Source: Planctomycetota bacterium (lineage in GTDB: Bacteria; Planctomycetota; B15-G4; SIAN01). From it: a stretch of 64,000 nucleotides of DNA. Position numbers and translations under genes: made by a program. Below, piece after piece: positions 37,600-47,260 of this stretch. The number at the start of each line of letters is the position of its first letter. Position 1 is the stretch's first letter. The notes below the pieces were generated by a model. It worked only from the letters and a program-made list of their open reading frames with translations, was not told the DNA's origin and did no database searches. The stretch covers positions 134,765-198,764 of the forward strand of contig JANNXA010000009.1 of NCBI GenBank assembly GCA_031409275.1, in the 5' to 3' direction.

Positions 37600-39033
37600 C
37601 TACGCCATCAGCTCCCGCAGCACCTCGCCGTGGACGTCGGTCAGCCGACGATCGATGCCGTCGCTGCGGAAGGTGAGCTTCGTGTGGTCGATGCCGAGCA
37701 GGTGGAGCACGGTGGCGTGCACGTCGTAGTTGCTGGTCGGCCGATCGACCGCCTGGTAGCCCCACTCGTCGGTGGCGCCGTAGCTCGTGCCGCCACGGAT
37801 GCCGCCGCCGGCGAGCCAGACGGTGAACCCGAACGGGTTGTGATCGCGTCCCTTGCCGCCCTGGCTGCACGGCATGCGACCGAACTCGGTGATCCACATG
37901 ACGATCGTGTCGTCGAGCAGCCCGCGCTGCGCGAGGTCGGTCAGCAACGCGGCGGCCGGCCGATCCATCGACGCCGCCATCGAAGCGTGGTCGCGCGCCA
38001 GATCCTCGTGGCTGTCCCAGTTGCGGCGCGGGAAACCGTTGTCGGCGCCGCTCCACAGCTGGACGAAGCGGGTGCCCCGTTCGAGCAGTCGGCGCGCGAC
38101 GAGGCAGTTGCGCCCGAAGTCCGACGTGACCGGGTCGTCGAGCCCGTAGAGCGCGCGAGTCGCGGCGCTCTCGCCGGCGAGGTCGAGCACCTGCGGCGCG
38201 GAGAGCTGCAGCTTCGCGGCGAGTTCGTAGCTTTCGATGCGCGCGTCGAGCCGGCTGTCGCCGGGCCGCGCCGTCGCGTGTTCACGATTCAGCTTCGAGA
38301 GCAGGTCGAGGGTGGCGCGCTCGTTCGCCGGCGTCGCCAGCGCGCGCGCCGATTCGGGCGCGAAGAGGTCGTGGATCGGCGTCGGCGACGACGGCCGGAT
38401 CAGCGTGCCTTGGTGGCTCGCTGGCAGGAAGGCGGCGCCCCAGTTCGCCGGACCGTTGGGCGCGAAGCCGCGCGCGTCCGGCAGCACGACGAAGGTCGGC
38501 AGCTCGTCGGTGAGGCGACCGAGCCCGTAGCTGATCCACGCCCCCATCGACGGGAAGCCCGGGCGCACGAAGCCGGTCGCCTGCGCGAAGGTGGCGGGGC
38601 CGTGCACGTTCGACTTGGCGACCATGGAGTGGACGAAAGCGATCCGGTCGACGTGCTGCGCGAGGTGCGGCACGAGGTCACTCACGAACTTGCCGCACTG
38701 GCCGCGCGGCTGAAACTTCCACGGGCTCGCCATCACCGCACCCGGATCGCTTTGAAATAGTTCGACCGTGCCGCCCGGGTCGAACTTCTGCCCGTCGCGC
38801 GCCAGCAACTGCGGCTTCCAATCGAACGTGTCGATGCTGCTTGCCGCTCCCGACATGAAGAGCTGCACGACGCGCTTCGCGCGGGCGCGATGGTGCAGCC
38901 CGTCGGCGCGCGCGCCCGCACCGGCACCGTTCGGCGCCGCGAGCTCGCCTTCCGGCAGCAGCAGCGGCGCGAGCGCGAGGCTGCCGAACCCGCAGCCGAG
39001 CTGTGACAGGAACTCACGTCGAGAAGGTCGCAT
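37600..39033 (-). CDS. DUF1501 domain protein (Tat-exported)
   Basis: SRREFL twin-Arg motif; AKRVVQLFMSG, PSMGAWISYGLG, ARRLLERGTRFVQ, EFGRMP, GRDHNP. Confidence 0.92.
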   Translation of the reverse strand: MRPSRREFLSQLGCGFGSLALAPLLLPEGELAAPNGAGAGARADGLHHRARAKRVVQLFMSGAASSIDTFDWKPQLLARDGQKFDPGGTVELFQSDPGAVMASPWKFQPRGQCGKFVSDLVPHLAQHVDRIAFVHSMVAKSNVHGPATFAQATGFVRPGFPSMGAWISYGLGRLTDELPTFVVLPDARGFAPNGPANWGAAFLPASHQGTLIRPSSPTPIHDLFAPESARALATPANERATLDLLSKLNREHATARPGDSRLDARIESYELAAKLQLSAPQVLDLAGESAATRALYGLDDPVTSDFGRNCLVARRLLERGTRFVQLWSGADNGFPRRNWDSHEDLARDHASMAASMDRPAAALLTDLAQRGLLDDTIVMWITEFGRMPCSQGGKGRDHNPFGFTVWLAGGGIRGGTSYGATDEWGYQAVDRPTSNYDVHATVLHLLGIDHTKLTFRSDGIDRRLTDVHGEVLRELMA

Positions 39034-39046
39034 CGATCGCTCCGGC

Positions 39047-41983
39047 TCAGTCGACGAACAGGAACTCATCGAGGTTCACCACCACGCGGCACGCCGCCGC
39101 CAGTCCGTGCGTCGCTGCGTGATCCGCCAGCGCCGCGCTCTCGTTCGCCGCAGGCCGCCGTCCCAGCGCCAGCTCGAAGAGGCGCTCGATCTGCGCCGCG
39201 ACGTCGCCGGGCCGCTCGAGTTCGAGCCGCGCCGCGAGGTGCTCGCACTGCCGGATCACGAAGGGGTTGTTCAGCAGCGCCAGCGCCTGCAGCGCGGTGA
39301 TCGTCACGTTGCGCTTGGGTGCGAGCAGCGATGCGTCCGGACAATCGAGGCTGTCGAGCCACGGATCGGGGACGCTGCGGACGGTGAAGCGGTCGATCGC
39401 GCGGCGGCGCGCGGCCGGGTCGTCGACGGCGAAGTTCGCGTAGTCGTAGATCGGTGAATGGTCGTCCTTGAAGACGAAGTGCTGCTGCGACGGCCCGCCG
39501 CGCGCCCCGTCCGGCCCGACCAGCTCGAGTCGACCCGCCATCGAGAGCAGCCCATCGCGCAGCTGCTCGGCATCGAGGCGCGTGCGCCCCATGCGGGCGA
39601 GCAGGCGGTTGGTTCCGTCCGCCGCGCGCGCCTTCGCGTCCCCCTGCGACTGCTGCCGATAGGTCGCGCTGGTCACGATCAGCCGATGCAGCGCCTTCAG
39701 CGAACCACCCTGTTGCAGGAACCACCGCGTCAGCCAGTCGAGCAGCTCGGGGTGGCTCGGCGCCGCGCCCATGTGGCCGAAGTCGTTGGGGGTGTCGACG
39801 AGGCCGCGCCCGAAATGCCACTGCCAGACGCGGTTGACGATGGAACGCCAGGTGAGCGGTTGGCGAGGATCGATGAGCCACGCCGCGAGCGCCGCGCGGC
39901 GAGCCGATTCGGGCGCGTCGGCCGGGAGGTCGAAGGCGGCCGCGAGTGGAGCGACGCAGCGCAGCGCGCCCGGCTCGGCGAGCGCGAGCGGCGCCTTCAC
40001 GTCGCCGCGCGCCAGCACGTGGATCTCGCGCGGCGTCGCGCTCGGCGTGAAGGCGCCCTCGGGCTTGAAGCGGGCGGTCGCGGCGTAGACGCGTTGCAGC
40101 GGCGGGAGTTCGGCGAGCGCGGCATCGAGCCGCGCACGCGCCGTGATCCTGTCGCGCCAGGTCGCGTCGCCCGAAGCCGCATCACGGACCGCATCACCGA
40201 CCGCGAGGTCGATCGCCCCATGCCACGTGCTGCCATCGGTGAGATTGGCGGCCGCCCAGCGCGGCGGCGCTTCGATGGAACTCGACGCGATCACCGCGGC
40301 GCCGGCGGCGACGTTGCGCCCGTCGGCGAAACAGGCGAGCTCGCCGAGCGCGAAGGCGAAGTCGCCGGTGCGTTGCCACAACTTCATCGCGGTCACGCGC
40401 ACCGCGCGCAGCGGCGCACCGCGCGCGTCGAGCAGGAGCGGCGTGTCGCCCGGGTTCGCGACGTCGGCGGCGGTGGCATCGTGCAGCCGGCGCGCATCGC
40501 TGAAGTCACCGCGCTCGGAGGCCTCGACGACGAACCGCGCCGGAAAACCGAATCCCGGCCCAGGCCAGCCGCCGTAGCTCTCGTGCGCAGGGACCAGTGC
40601 CACCTCGTCGAGCGTTTGCGCCGAGCCGAGATCGACCGCGACCCACTGCGTCGTGTCAGCCGCCGCCGCGATCTCGCCATGCCAGCCGAGCGATTCACGG
40701 CTGCGGCCGTGCGCTGCCTCCGGCTCGAACGCCGCCCGCTCCGCGAGGAGCTGCGTGCGTCGGGCCGCCACTGCGGGATCGGTGTCGTACTCGCGATCGG
40801 CTCGCTCGACGCCGGCGAAGACGGCCTGCAGCGCGTAGTAGTCGCGCTGGCCAATCGCGTCGAACTTGTGGTCGTGGCAGCGCGCGCAGTGGACCGTCGT
40901 GCTCGCGAACGTCGACATCACGTTGGTGACGACGTCGTCACGATCGAGGAGCCGGGTGATCGCCTTGTCGACGGTGCCTTCGCGCAACTCGACGTGACCG
41001 ACGTAGTCCCACGGCCCTGCTGCCAGAAAACCGAGCGCCCGCACCGCCGCGGGATCCTCGGGCGCGACGACATCGGCAGCGAGCTGTCGCGCCACGAAGT
41101 CGGCGTAGGGAAGGTCGGCGTTGAGCGACTCGATCACCCAATCGCGATAGGGCCACGCATGCCGCCTCGGCTTGTCCTTGTCGAAGCCGTGCGTCTCGCC
41201 GAAGTGGACGAGGTCGAGCCAGTGGCGCGCGAACCGTTCGCCGTAGCGCGGCGATTCGAGCAGCCGATCGACGAGGCGCGACCATGCGCCGTCGTGATCG
41301 AGCGCCGCGTCGGCGACGAACGCCGCGACCTCCTCAGGCGCTGGCGGCAGTCCGCTCAGATCCCACGTCACGCGTCGGATCAGCGTGCGAGGATCGGCGG
41401 GCGGCGACGGCTCGAGCCCTGCCTCGACGAGCTTCGCGCGCACGAAGAGGTCGAGCTCGTTGCGCGGCGGCTCGATCCCAAGCGCGAGCTGCGCCGCGGA
41501 GAGTGCCGGCAGCGAAGCGCTGCTCGGCGCTTCCACCGCCGCGATCGGCTTCAGCGACCACCAGTCGCAGCGCGCCGCGAAGGCCGCGTCGGCCGAGCGA
41601 TCGACGAGGCGTCGCTCGTCAGGCCATGGCGCACCGGCCGCGATCCAATCGCGCAGCAACGCGACTTCGCCGGCCGCGAGCGGGGCGCCGCTCTTCGGCA
41701 TCCGTGCCTTGCGAGCACCATCGGCCGTCACCCGCGGCTCGATCGCCGCGATCAGCGCACTCGCGTCGGGATCGCCGGCGACGAACGCCGCCTCGCCCGA
41801 CTTGCCGCCGCGCAGCGCCTCGGCGCGACTCTCGAGCGAAAGGCCGCCCTTCGCCGTCGCCGCCGAGTGACACGCGAGGCAGCGCGATTCGAGCAGCGGC
41901 GCGACGGCGCGCTCGAAGTCGTCCGTCGTCGCGGACCCAGTCGCGCCGGACAGCAAGAGCACCACGAGAGGCTCGATGCACAT
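39047..41983 (-). CDS. Planctomycete cytochrome c / DUF1549 / DUF1553 protein with a discoidin-like insert
   Basis: CLACH and CARCHDH heme motifs; LIRRVTWDLSGLPP, HAWPYRDWV, VNRVWQWHFGRGLVDTPNDFG, NLDEFLFVD. Confidence 0.92.
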   Translation of the reverse strand: MCIEPLVVLLLSGATGSATTDDFERAVAPLLESRCLACHSAATAKGGLSLESRAEALRGGKSGEAAFVAGDPDASALIAAIEPRVTADGARKARMPKSGAPLAAGEVALLRDWIAAGAPWPDERRLVDRSADAAFAARCDWWSLKPIAAVEAPSSASLPALSAAQLALGIEPPRNELDLFVRAKLVEAGLEPSPPADPRTLIRRVTWDLSGLPPAPEEVAAFVADAALDHDGAWSRLVDRLLESPRYGERFARHWLDLVHFGETHGFDKDKPRRHAWPYRDWVIESLNADLPYADFVARQLAADVVAPEDPAAVRALGFLAAGPWDYVGHVELREGTVDKAITRLLDRDDVVTNVMSTFASTTVHCARCHDHKFDAIGQRDYYALQAVFAGVERADREYDTDPAVAARRTQLLAERAAFEPEAAHGRSRESLGWHGEIAAAADTTQWVAVDLGSAQTLDEVALVPAHESYGGWPGPGFGFPARFVVEASERGDFSDARRLHDATAADVANPGDTPLLLDARGAPLRAVRVTAMKLWQRTGDFAFALGELACFADGRNVAAGAAVIASSSIEAPPRWAAANLTDGSTWHGAIDLAVGDAVRDAASGDATWRDRITARARLDAALAELPPLQRVYAATARFKPEGAFTPSATPREIHVLARGDVKAPLALAEPGALRCVAPLAAAFDLPADAPESARRAALAAWLIDPRQPLTWRSIVNRVWQWHFGRGLVDTPNDFGHMGAAPSHPELLDWLTRWFLQQGGSLKALHRLIVTSATYRQQSQGDAKARAADGTNRLLARMGRTRLDAEQLRDGLLSMAGRLELVGPDGARGGPSQQHFVFKDDHSPIYDYANFAVDDPAARRRAIDRFTVRSVPDPWLDSLDCPDASLLAPKRNVTITALQALALLNNPFVIRQCEHLAARLELERPGDVAAQIERLFELALGRRPAANESAALADHAATHGLAAACRVVVNLDEFLFVD

Positions 41984-42044
41984 GGCGCGCGAGCGTAGGA
42001 GCCACCGCGCGCTCCCGCCACCCGGCAACGCGCCGTTCCCCCGC

Positions 42045-43232
42045 CTACTTCACCACGCCGAGCTTCTTCCCGACTTTCGTGAAGGCGGCAATCGCCCGGT
42101 CGAGGTGGTGGCGCTCGTGTCCGGCGGAGATCTGCACGCGGATGCGCGCCTGGCCCATCGGCACCACCGGGTAGCTGAAGCCGATGACGTAGATGCCTTC
42201 GGGGAGCAGCTCTTTCGCGAAGGTCTGCGCGAGCTTGGCGTCGCCGAGCATGAGCGGACAGATCGGATGGACGCCGGGGCGGATCGCGAAACCGGCCTTC
42301 GTCATCTGCTCGCGGAAGTAGGCGGTGTTCTGCTCGAGCTTGTCGCGCAGGTGGGTCGACGCCGAGATCAGGTCGAAGACCTTGATGGTCGCCGCGACGA
42401 TCGGCGGCGCCACCGTGTTGCTGAAGAGGTAGGGGCGCGAGCGCTGGCGCAGCAGCGCGATGATCTCCGCCTTCGCAGTGATGAACCCGCCGGCGGAACC
42501 GCCGAGCGCCTTGCCGAGCGTGCTGGAGAGCAGGTCGACCCGCCCCATCACGCCGCAATGCTCGATCGAGCCGCGGCCGCTCTTGCCGAGGAAGCCGGTG
42601 GCGTGCGAGTCGTCCACCATCAGCAGCGCGTCGTGCTTCTCGCACAAGTCGGCGATCTTCCCGAGCGGCGCGATGTCGCCGTCCATCGAGAAGACGCCAT
42701 CGGTCACCACCATGCGGATGCGCGCGCCCTTCGTGGCGACGAGCTTCGCTTCGAGGTCGCCGAGATCGAGGTGCTTGTAGCGGTGGCGATCGGCCTTGCA
42801 GAGGCGGATGCCGTCGATGATCGACGCGTGGTTCAGCTCGTCGCTGATGACCGCGCAGTCTTCCTTCAGCAGCGTCTCGAAGACGCCGCCGTTGGCGTCG
42901 AAGCACGACGAGTAGAGGATCGTGTCTTCGAAGCCGAGGAACTTCGAGATCTTGCTCTCGAGCTCCTTGTGGATGTCCTGGGTCCCGCAGATGAAGCGGA
43001 CCGATGACATCCCGAGCCCGTACTTCGCCAACGCCGCCTGCGCCGCCGCCACGAGGTCAGGGTGCGACGACAACCCGAGGTAGTTGTTGGCGCAGAAGTT
43101 CAGGACCTCGCCGGACGCCACGCGGATCGTCGCGGCCTGCGGCGAGAGGATGACGCGCTCTTCCTTCCACAGCCCTGCCGCGCGGATCTCCTCGAGCTCC
43201 TTCGCGTAGTGCTGCTTGGCGTTCGAGTACAT
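42045..43232 (-). CDS. kbl: Glycine C-acetyltransferase (2-amino-3-ketobutyrate CoA ligase)
   Basis: [51 protein letters not shown]. Confidence 0.95.
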   Translation of the reverse strand: MYSNAKQHYAKELEEIRAAGLWKEERVILSPQAATIRVASGEVLNFCANNYLGLSSHPDLVAAAQAALAKYGLGMSSVRFICGTQDIHKELESKISKFLGFEDTILYSSCFDANGGVFETLLKEDCAVISDELNHASIIDGIRLCKADRHRYKHLDLGDLEAKLVATKGARIRMVVTDGVFSMDGDIAPLGKIADLCEKHDALLMVDDSHATGFLGKSGRGSIEHCGVMGRVDLLSSTLGKALGGSAGGFITAKAEIIALLRQRSRPYLFSNTVAPPIVAATIKVFDLISASTHLRDKLEQNTAYFREQMTKAGFAIRPGVHPICPLMLGDAKLAQTFAKELLPEGIYVIGFSYPVVPMGQARIRVQISAGHERHHLDRAIAAFTKVGKKLGVVK

Positions 43233-43285
43233 GGATGCCCTCTCGGAAGCCACCTCGACGCGGAGCGCCGACGAAGCAGATGCTG

Positions 43286-44389
43286 TTACGCCGACCGCGT
43301 CGGCCCGGCGGCCGGCTTGCCGCCCGGATAGAGGACGACCTTCCAGGTTTCGCCGCGATCGAACGTGCCCATCGCCTGCTCGAACTGGGTGAGGTCGTAT
43401 TCGGCGGTGACGATCGGCTCGACGTCGAGGCCCGCTTCCAGCATCCCGAGCATCGAGTACCACGTGCCGTACATCTTGCGCCCGATGATCGCCTGGAGGT
43501 TGACGCCCTTGAAGACGACGTTCTTGCTGTAGTCGCGGATCGTGACGTCCTTCTTGCTGGTGAGGCCGAGCAGGCAGAGCTGCCCGCCCGGTCGCACGAT
43601 CTCGAGCGCCATGTTGATGGCCGGCTCGGCGCCCGACATCTCGAGCACCGCATCGACACCGTCGCCGGTGCGCTCCTTGATCTTCTGCAGCGCCGCCGCG
43701 GCGCCATCGCCACGCGTGTCGAGGACGGTCACCGGGATGCGGCGCCCCGCCATCGCGGCCCAGTTGCGCGAGCGCTTCAAGGCCTGGTCGGAGACGTCGA
43801 TCAGGAACAGCTCGGCGGCGCCGGAGAATTCGCAGACCGCCGCCGCCATCGCGCCGATCGGCCCGCAGCCGGTGATCGCGATCTTGCGCCCGACGAGGTC
43901 GGCGGCGAGCGCCGTGTGCGTCGCATTGCCGAGCGCGTCGAGGAAGCCGCCGACGCGCGGGCTGATCTTCGCCGGCAGCTTCAGCACGTTGCTGGCCGGC
44001 ACTTTCACGTAGTCGGCGAAACAGCCGTCGTGGTGCAGCCCGTAGATCTTGGTCTTGCTGCAGATGTGGCCGCGACCGGTGCGGCACTGGTAGCAGGTCC
44101 CGCAGACGACATGCATCTCGGCCGAGACGTAGTCGCCTTCCTTCAAGTCGGCGACGTCCTTGCCGAACGAGGCGACGTGGCCGCAGAACTCATGGCCGTA
44201 GACGACCGGCGTCTTCATGAACTGGACCGACGGGTCCCAGTGCCAGATGTGGCGATCGGTGCCACAGATCCCGGTCGCCTTGACCTTGATCACCACTTCG
44301 CCGGGACCGGCAACGGGGAGGGGGCGATCCGCAACTTCCGTCGCGCCGTCTTTGGGCGCCGTCTTCACCACGGCCTTCATCATCGGCAC
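43286..44389 (-). CDS. tdh: L-threonine 3-dehydrogenase
   Basis: [16 protein letters not shown]-x2-C-x2-C-x7-C zinc site, [14 protein letters not shown]; directly upstream of kbl. Confidence 0.9.
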   Translation of the reverse strand: MPMMKAVVKTAPKDGATEVADRPLPVAGPGEVVIKVKATGICGTDRHIWHWDPSVQFMKTPVVYGHEFCGHVASFGKDVADLKEGDYVSAEMHVVCGTCYQCRTGRGHICSKTKIYGLHHDGCFADYVKVPASNVLKLPAKISPRVGGFLDALGNATHTALAADLVGRKIAITGCGPIGAMAAAVCEFSGAAELFLIDVSDQALKRSRNWAAMAGRRIPVTVLDTRGDGAAAALQKIKERTGDGVDAVLEMSGAEPAINMALEIVRPGGQLCLLGLTSKKDVTIRDYSKNVVFKGVNLQAIIGRKMYGTWYSMLGMLEAGLDVEPIVTAEYDLTQFEQAMGTFDRGETWKVVLYPGGKPAAGPTRSA

Positions 44390-44406
44390 GGAAGTCTCTC
44401 CAAAGA

Positions 44407-44446
44407 GACGCGGCGCGCCGGGCCTTCACCCGACGCGCCGCGCGTC
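44407..44446 (-). terminator. GC-rich hairpin between the TPR gene and tdh
   Basis: GACGCGGCGCGCCGGG-CCTTCA-CCCGACGCGCCGCG imperfect inverted repeat. Confidence 0.4.
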
Positions 44447-44452
44447 ACGATC

Positions 44453-46981
44453 TCAGTAGCTGCTGCCGCCGGCTGCTGCCGACGTCGCTCCGTCCTTGTC
44501 ACCGAACTGGGCCGCCGCGGCCTCCATCAGGTCGGCCATGCCAGCGCGCAACGACTGCGCGCCGACATAGATGCTGAAGCGGGTGGCCACGCGATAGGTC
44601 TTGCAGAGCTTGCGCAGGTCGCGCACGAGCTCCTCGCGGTTCCAATGCAACAGCAGGATTCCGTCAGGCTGGCGCGCGTTCAGGTGCTCTTGCAGCTTGT
44701 CCTGCACGCGGTCCGGGTTGACGTAATCCGTCGTCCACCACTCGGCGTCGAAACCCCACTCCGCTGCGAGCGCGGAGAGTTCGTCCTCGCCGCGATCCTG
44801 ATGCTCGTCACCGCCGATGACCATCATCACCGGCCGGCGGCCGAGCACTTCACGCGCCTTGTCGGCGGTGCCGCGGTCGTTGACGCGCTCGTCCTTCGGG
44901 CACTCCGCTTCCGCGCGGCGCACTTCCGCTTCGAAGGCGTCGGGGTTCTTCTGGTAGCAGTCCTTCAGCAGGCGCAGGCCGGTCAACTTCCACTGCGGCT
45001 CGGCGCGCGCGAGGTAGAGGTCGGCGAGCTGCTTGTGCTGGGCGAACCGCTCGGCGTCGCGGCCGCGCATGCGACCCAGGAGCTCGGCGCGCTCGCAGAG
45101 GACGCGGGCGCGATCGAGAGCCTGGCCGACGCGGTCGTCGTTGAAGATCACCGTCTCCCAGAAGGCGAGGTCGCCGCTCTGGTAGCAGACGTCGCGCAGG
45201 TCGTAGAGCGCATCGGCCGCGCTCTCGCGCTCACCCGCCATGTTGAACGCGCGCAGCTCGAGCAGCAGCGCGTCCTTGCGGATGCCGAGGTCTTCGCTGC
45301 GCTCGAGGCACTGCTCGGCGATGCGCAACGCGTGCTCGGTGTTGCCGAGTCGCACGAAGTGCTTGCCCATCTCGAGCAGCTGACGCGGATCGCTCATGTG
45401 CGCGAGGTCGACGCGAGCCAGCAGCCGTGCGGCCGCCTTCGGCGCCTTCTCCTCGAGCAGCGGCAGGAGGTCCTTCAGCTGATCGGGACCCGGCCGCAGC
45501 CGCTCGATCGCGGTCTCGAGCTGGCGTGCCGCTTCTTCCTGGGTCTCTTCCTTGCCTTCCTTCAGCAGGCTGAGCGCGAGGAAATAGCGGATGCGCGCCA
45601 GCGTCACCGGCAGCGGATTGCGGTACTGCTCGATGCGGGCGAGCGCGTCACGGAAGTCCTGCGCCGCTTCGGAGTGCTGGCCGCGCTCGAAGCGCAGCAC
45701 ACCACGCGTGAAGAAGGCGTTGAACGACGCGTTCTGCGGATCGGCCGTCGCCTGATCGAGGTGCAGCAAGGCCGCATCGGAGCCCTTTCGCTCCGTCTGC
45801 GGTTCGAGGTCGGGGACGCCGCGCAGGCCGAGCGAGCAAGCCGCGAGGTCGAAGTGGAGGACCGACGCGAGCGTGTGCCCTTCGCCGGCGACTTCGAGCG
45901 CTTTCTTGAAATGGACCGCCGCGTCGTCGAACTGCTCGAGGTGCTGCTTCAACTTGCCGAGCGCGCGATGGAACGGCGCGCGGATCTCGGGCGCGAGGTC
46001 GTCGAAGCCGGCCAGCGCCATGCAGCGCTGCAGGAGGTTCTGGACCGCGTCGGGCTCGAACTGCTCGCCCGGACGCTCCGCGCGACGGAGCACTTCAGAG
46101 AGCGTGTTGCGGAGCAGTTCCGCCGTCTCGCCGTCCGGTGCGCCGTTGGCAAGGACCGCTTCGAGCGTGCCGACCGCTTCCTCGAGGTTCCCGCTCATCA
46201 AGCTCTGACGGAGGAGGATCGGGAGGATCTCCTTCGCGATCAGCGGCTCGGAGAGGAGGAGCTTGATGTCGGGCTTCTCTTCGCCTTCCTTCGGATGACG
46301 CAACTTGCCGAGCGTCTGACCGAACTTGAACCAGGCCGCTTCGGCGCCCTGCAGTTCTTCAGCCTTGTAGGCGTCGAACGCGATGCCGTGGCTGCCGTGC
46401 GCGTAGCCGAGCGTGAAGTAGCTCTCGAGGCGCCGCGGGTTCAGCTGGATCAGCGCGAGGACCATGTTCGACGCGTCTTGCTGACGAGCCGGAGACTGCG
46501 CTGCGAGGTCGATCTCCTTCAGGACGGCGCGATCGAGCGGCGACTCCCAGGCCATGTTCGGCCGGCGGAAGCCATCGCGATTGCGAGGAAAGCGGCCGTA
46601 GCCGCGATCGCCGCGCGGACCGCGGTCACCGCCACCTTCGCCACGCATGTCCGGACCGCCTTCAGCGCGCGGACCATCGTTGCGCGGACCATCGTTGCGT
46701 GGGCCGTCATTGCGCGGACCGTCGTGGCGCGGGCCGCGATCGTGACGCGGACCACGATCGCCGCGCGGGCCGCGATCCTGGCGAGGACCGCGATCGCCAC
46801 CGCGATCCATGCGCGGGCCGCGGTCACCACCGCGCTCGCCGCCACGCTCACCACCGCGACCACGGCCACCACGGCCGCCGCGGCCACCGCGACCACCACG
46901 CGGCGGACCGCCGCGCGGCGGACCGCTGTCTCCCCCTCCGCCGAAATCAGACTGCGGGGGTGCTTCCATGCCTTCGTCCAT
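44453..46981 (-). CDS. Large hypothetical protein: RGG/GPR-rich disordered N-terminus, TPR-like core, DUF2325-like C-terminal alpha/beta domain
   Basis: Strong coding bias; low-complexity R/G/D/P N-terminus; helical TPR-like repeats; C-terminal MMVIGGD...PDGILLL...VGAQSL. Confidence 0.7.
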   Translation of the reverse strand: MDEGMEAPPQSDFGGGGDSGPPRGGPPRGGRGGRGGRGGRGRGGERGGERGGDRGPRMDRGGDRGPRQDRGPRGDRGPRHDRGPRHDGPRNDGPRNDGPRNDGPRAEGGPDMRGEGGGDRGPRGDRGYGRFPRNRDGFRRPNMAWESPLDRAVLKEIDLAAQSPARQQDASNMVLALIQLNPRRLESYFTLGYAHGSHGIAFDAYKAEELQGAEAAWFKFGQTLGKLRHPKEGEEKPDIKLLLSEPLIAKEILPILLRQSLMSGNLEEAVGTLEAVLANGAPDGETAELLRNTLSEVLRRAERPGEQFEPDAVQNLLQRCMALAGFDDLAPEIRAPFHRALGKLKQHLEQFDDAAVHFKKALEVAGEGHTLASVLHFDLAACSLGLRGVPDLEPQTERKGSDAALLHLDQATADPQNASFNAFFTRGVLRFERGQHSEAAQDFRDALARIEQYRNPLPVTLARIRYFLALSLLKEGKEETQEEAARQLETAIERLRPGPDQLKDLLPLLEEKAPKAAARLLARVDLAHMSDPRQLLEMGKHFVRLGNTEHALRIAEQCLERSEDLGIRKDALLLELRAFNMAGERESAADALYDLRDVCYQSGDLAFWETVIFNDDRVGQALDRARVLCERAELLGRMRGRDAERFAQHKQLADLYLARAEPQWKLTGLRLLKDCYQKNPDAFEAEVRRAEAECPKDERVNDRGTADKAREVLGRRPVMMVIGGDEHQDRGEDELSALAAEWGFDAEWWTTDYVNPDRVQDKLQEHLNARQPDGILLLHWNREELVRDLRKLCKTYRVATRFSIYVGAQSLRAGMADLMEAAAAQFGDKDGATSAAAGGSSY
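46669..46728. repeat. 15-bp coding tandem repeat x4 (GPRND/GPRHD pentapeptide)
   Basis: gcggaccatcgttgc x2 plus two degenerate copies. Confidence 0.8.
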
Positions 46982-47260
46982 CGCTGACCTTTCTTTCCCC
47001 GTTCGCGAAGAGGTGCGCCGGAGAAACCCAAAAGAGGAATAGGGCGCCGCGCCGTCGACTCCTCGAGGACACGGACCAGGCGCGCGGCCAGCGGACCTCG
47101 GCCGGCGAGCCCGTGGAGAGGAGAACCCACGATCGGCATCGGCACCGTGGAGCGGTGGCCGGAAACCCGGCGCGCTCCGAAGTGCGAGGGCGGGGATTCT
47201 CGCGGCCGGTGAATCCTTTATCAATGTCGCCCTTCTCAACTCTCCATCACGGAGCGCGGT

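Noticed and set aside
37600..41983. DUF1553/DUF1501 pair as a novel system
   Set aside because: A well-known, highly expanded planctomycete gene pair; function unknown but nothing locus-specific here
43235..46987. 1250-aa + strand ORF and similar long overlapping ORFs (10880..13939, 35068..37575, 39458..41998, 59468..62224)
   Set aside because: Antisense or alternate frames of clearly recognisable genes, expected from stop-codon scarcity at high GC
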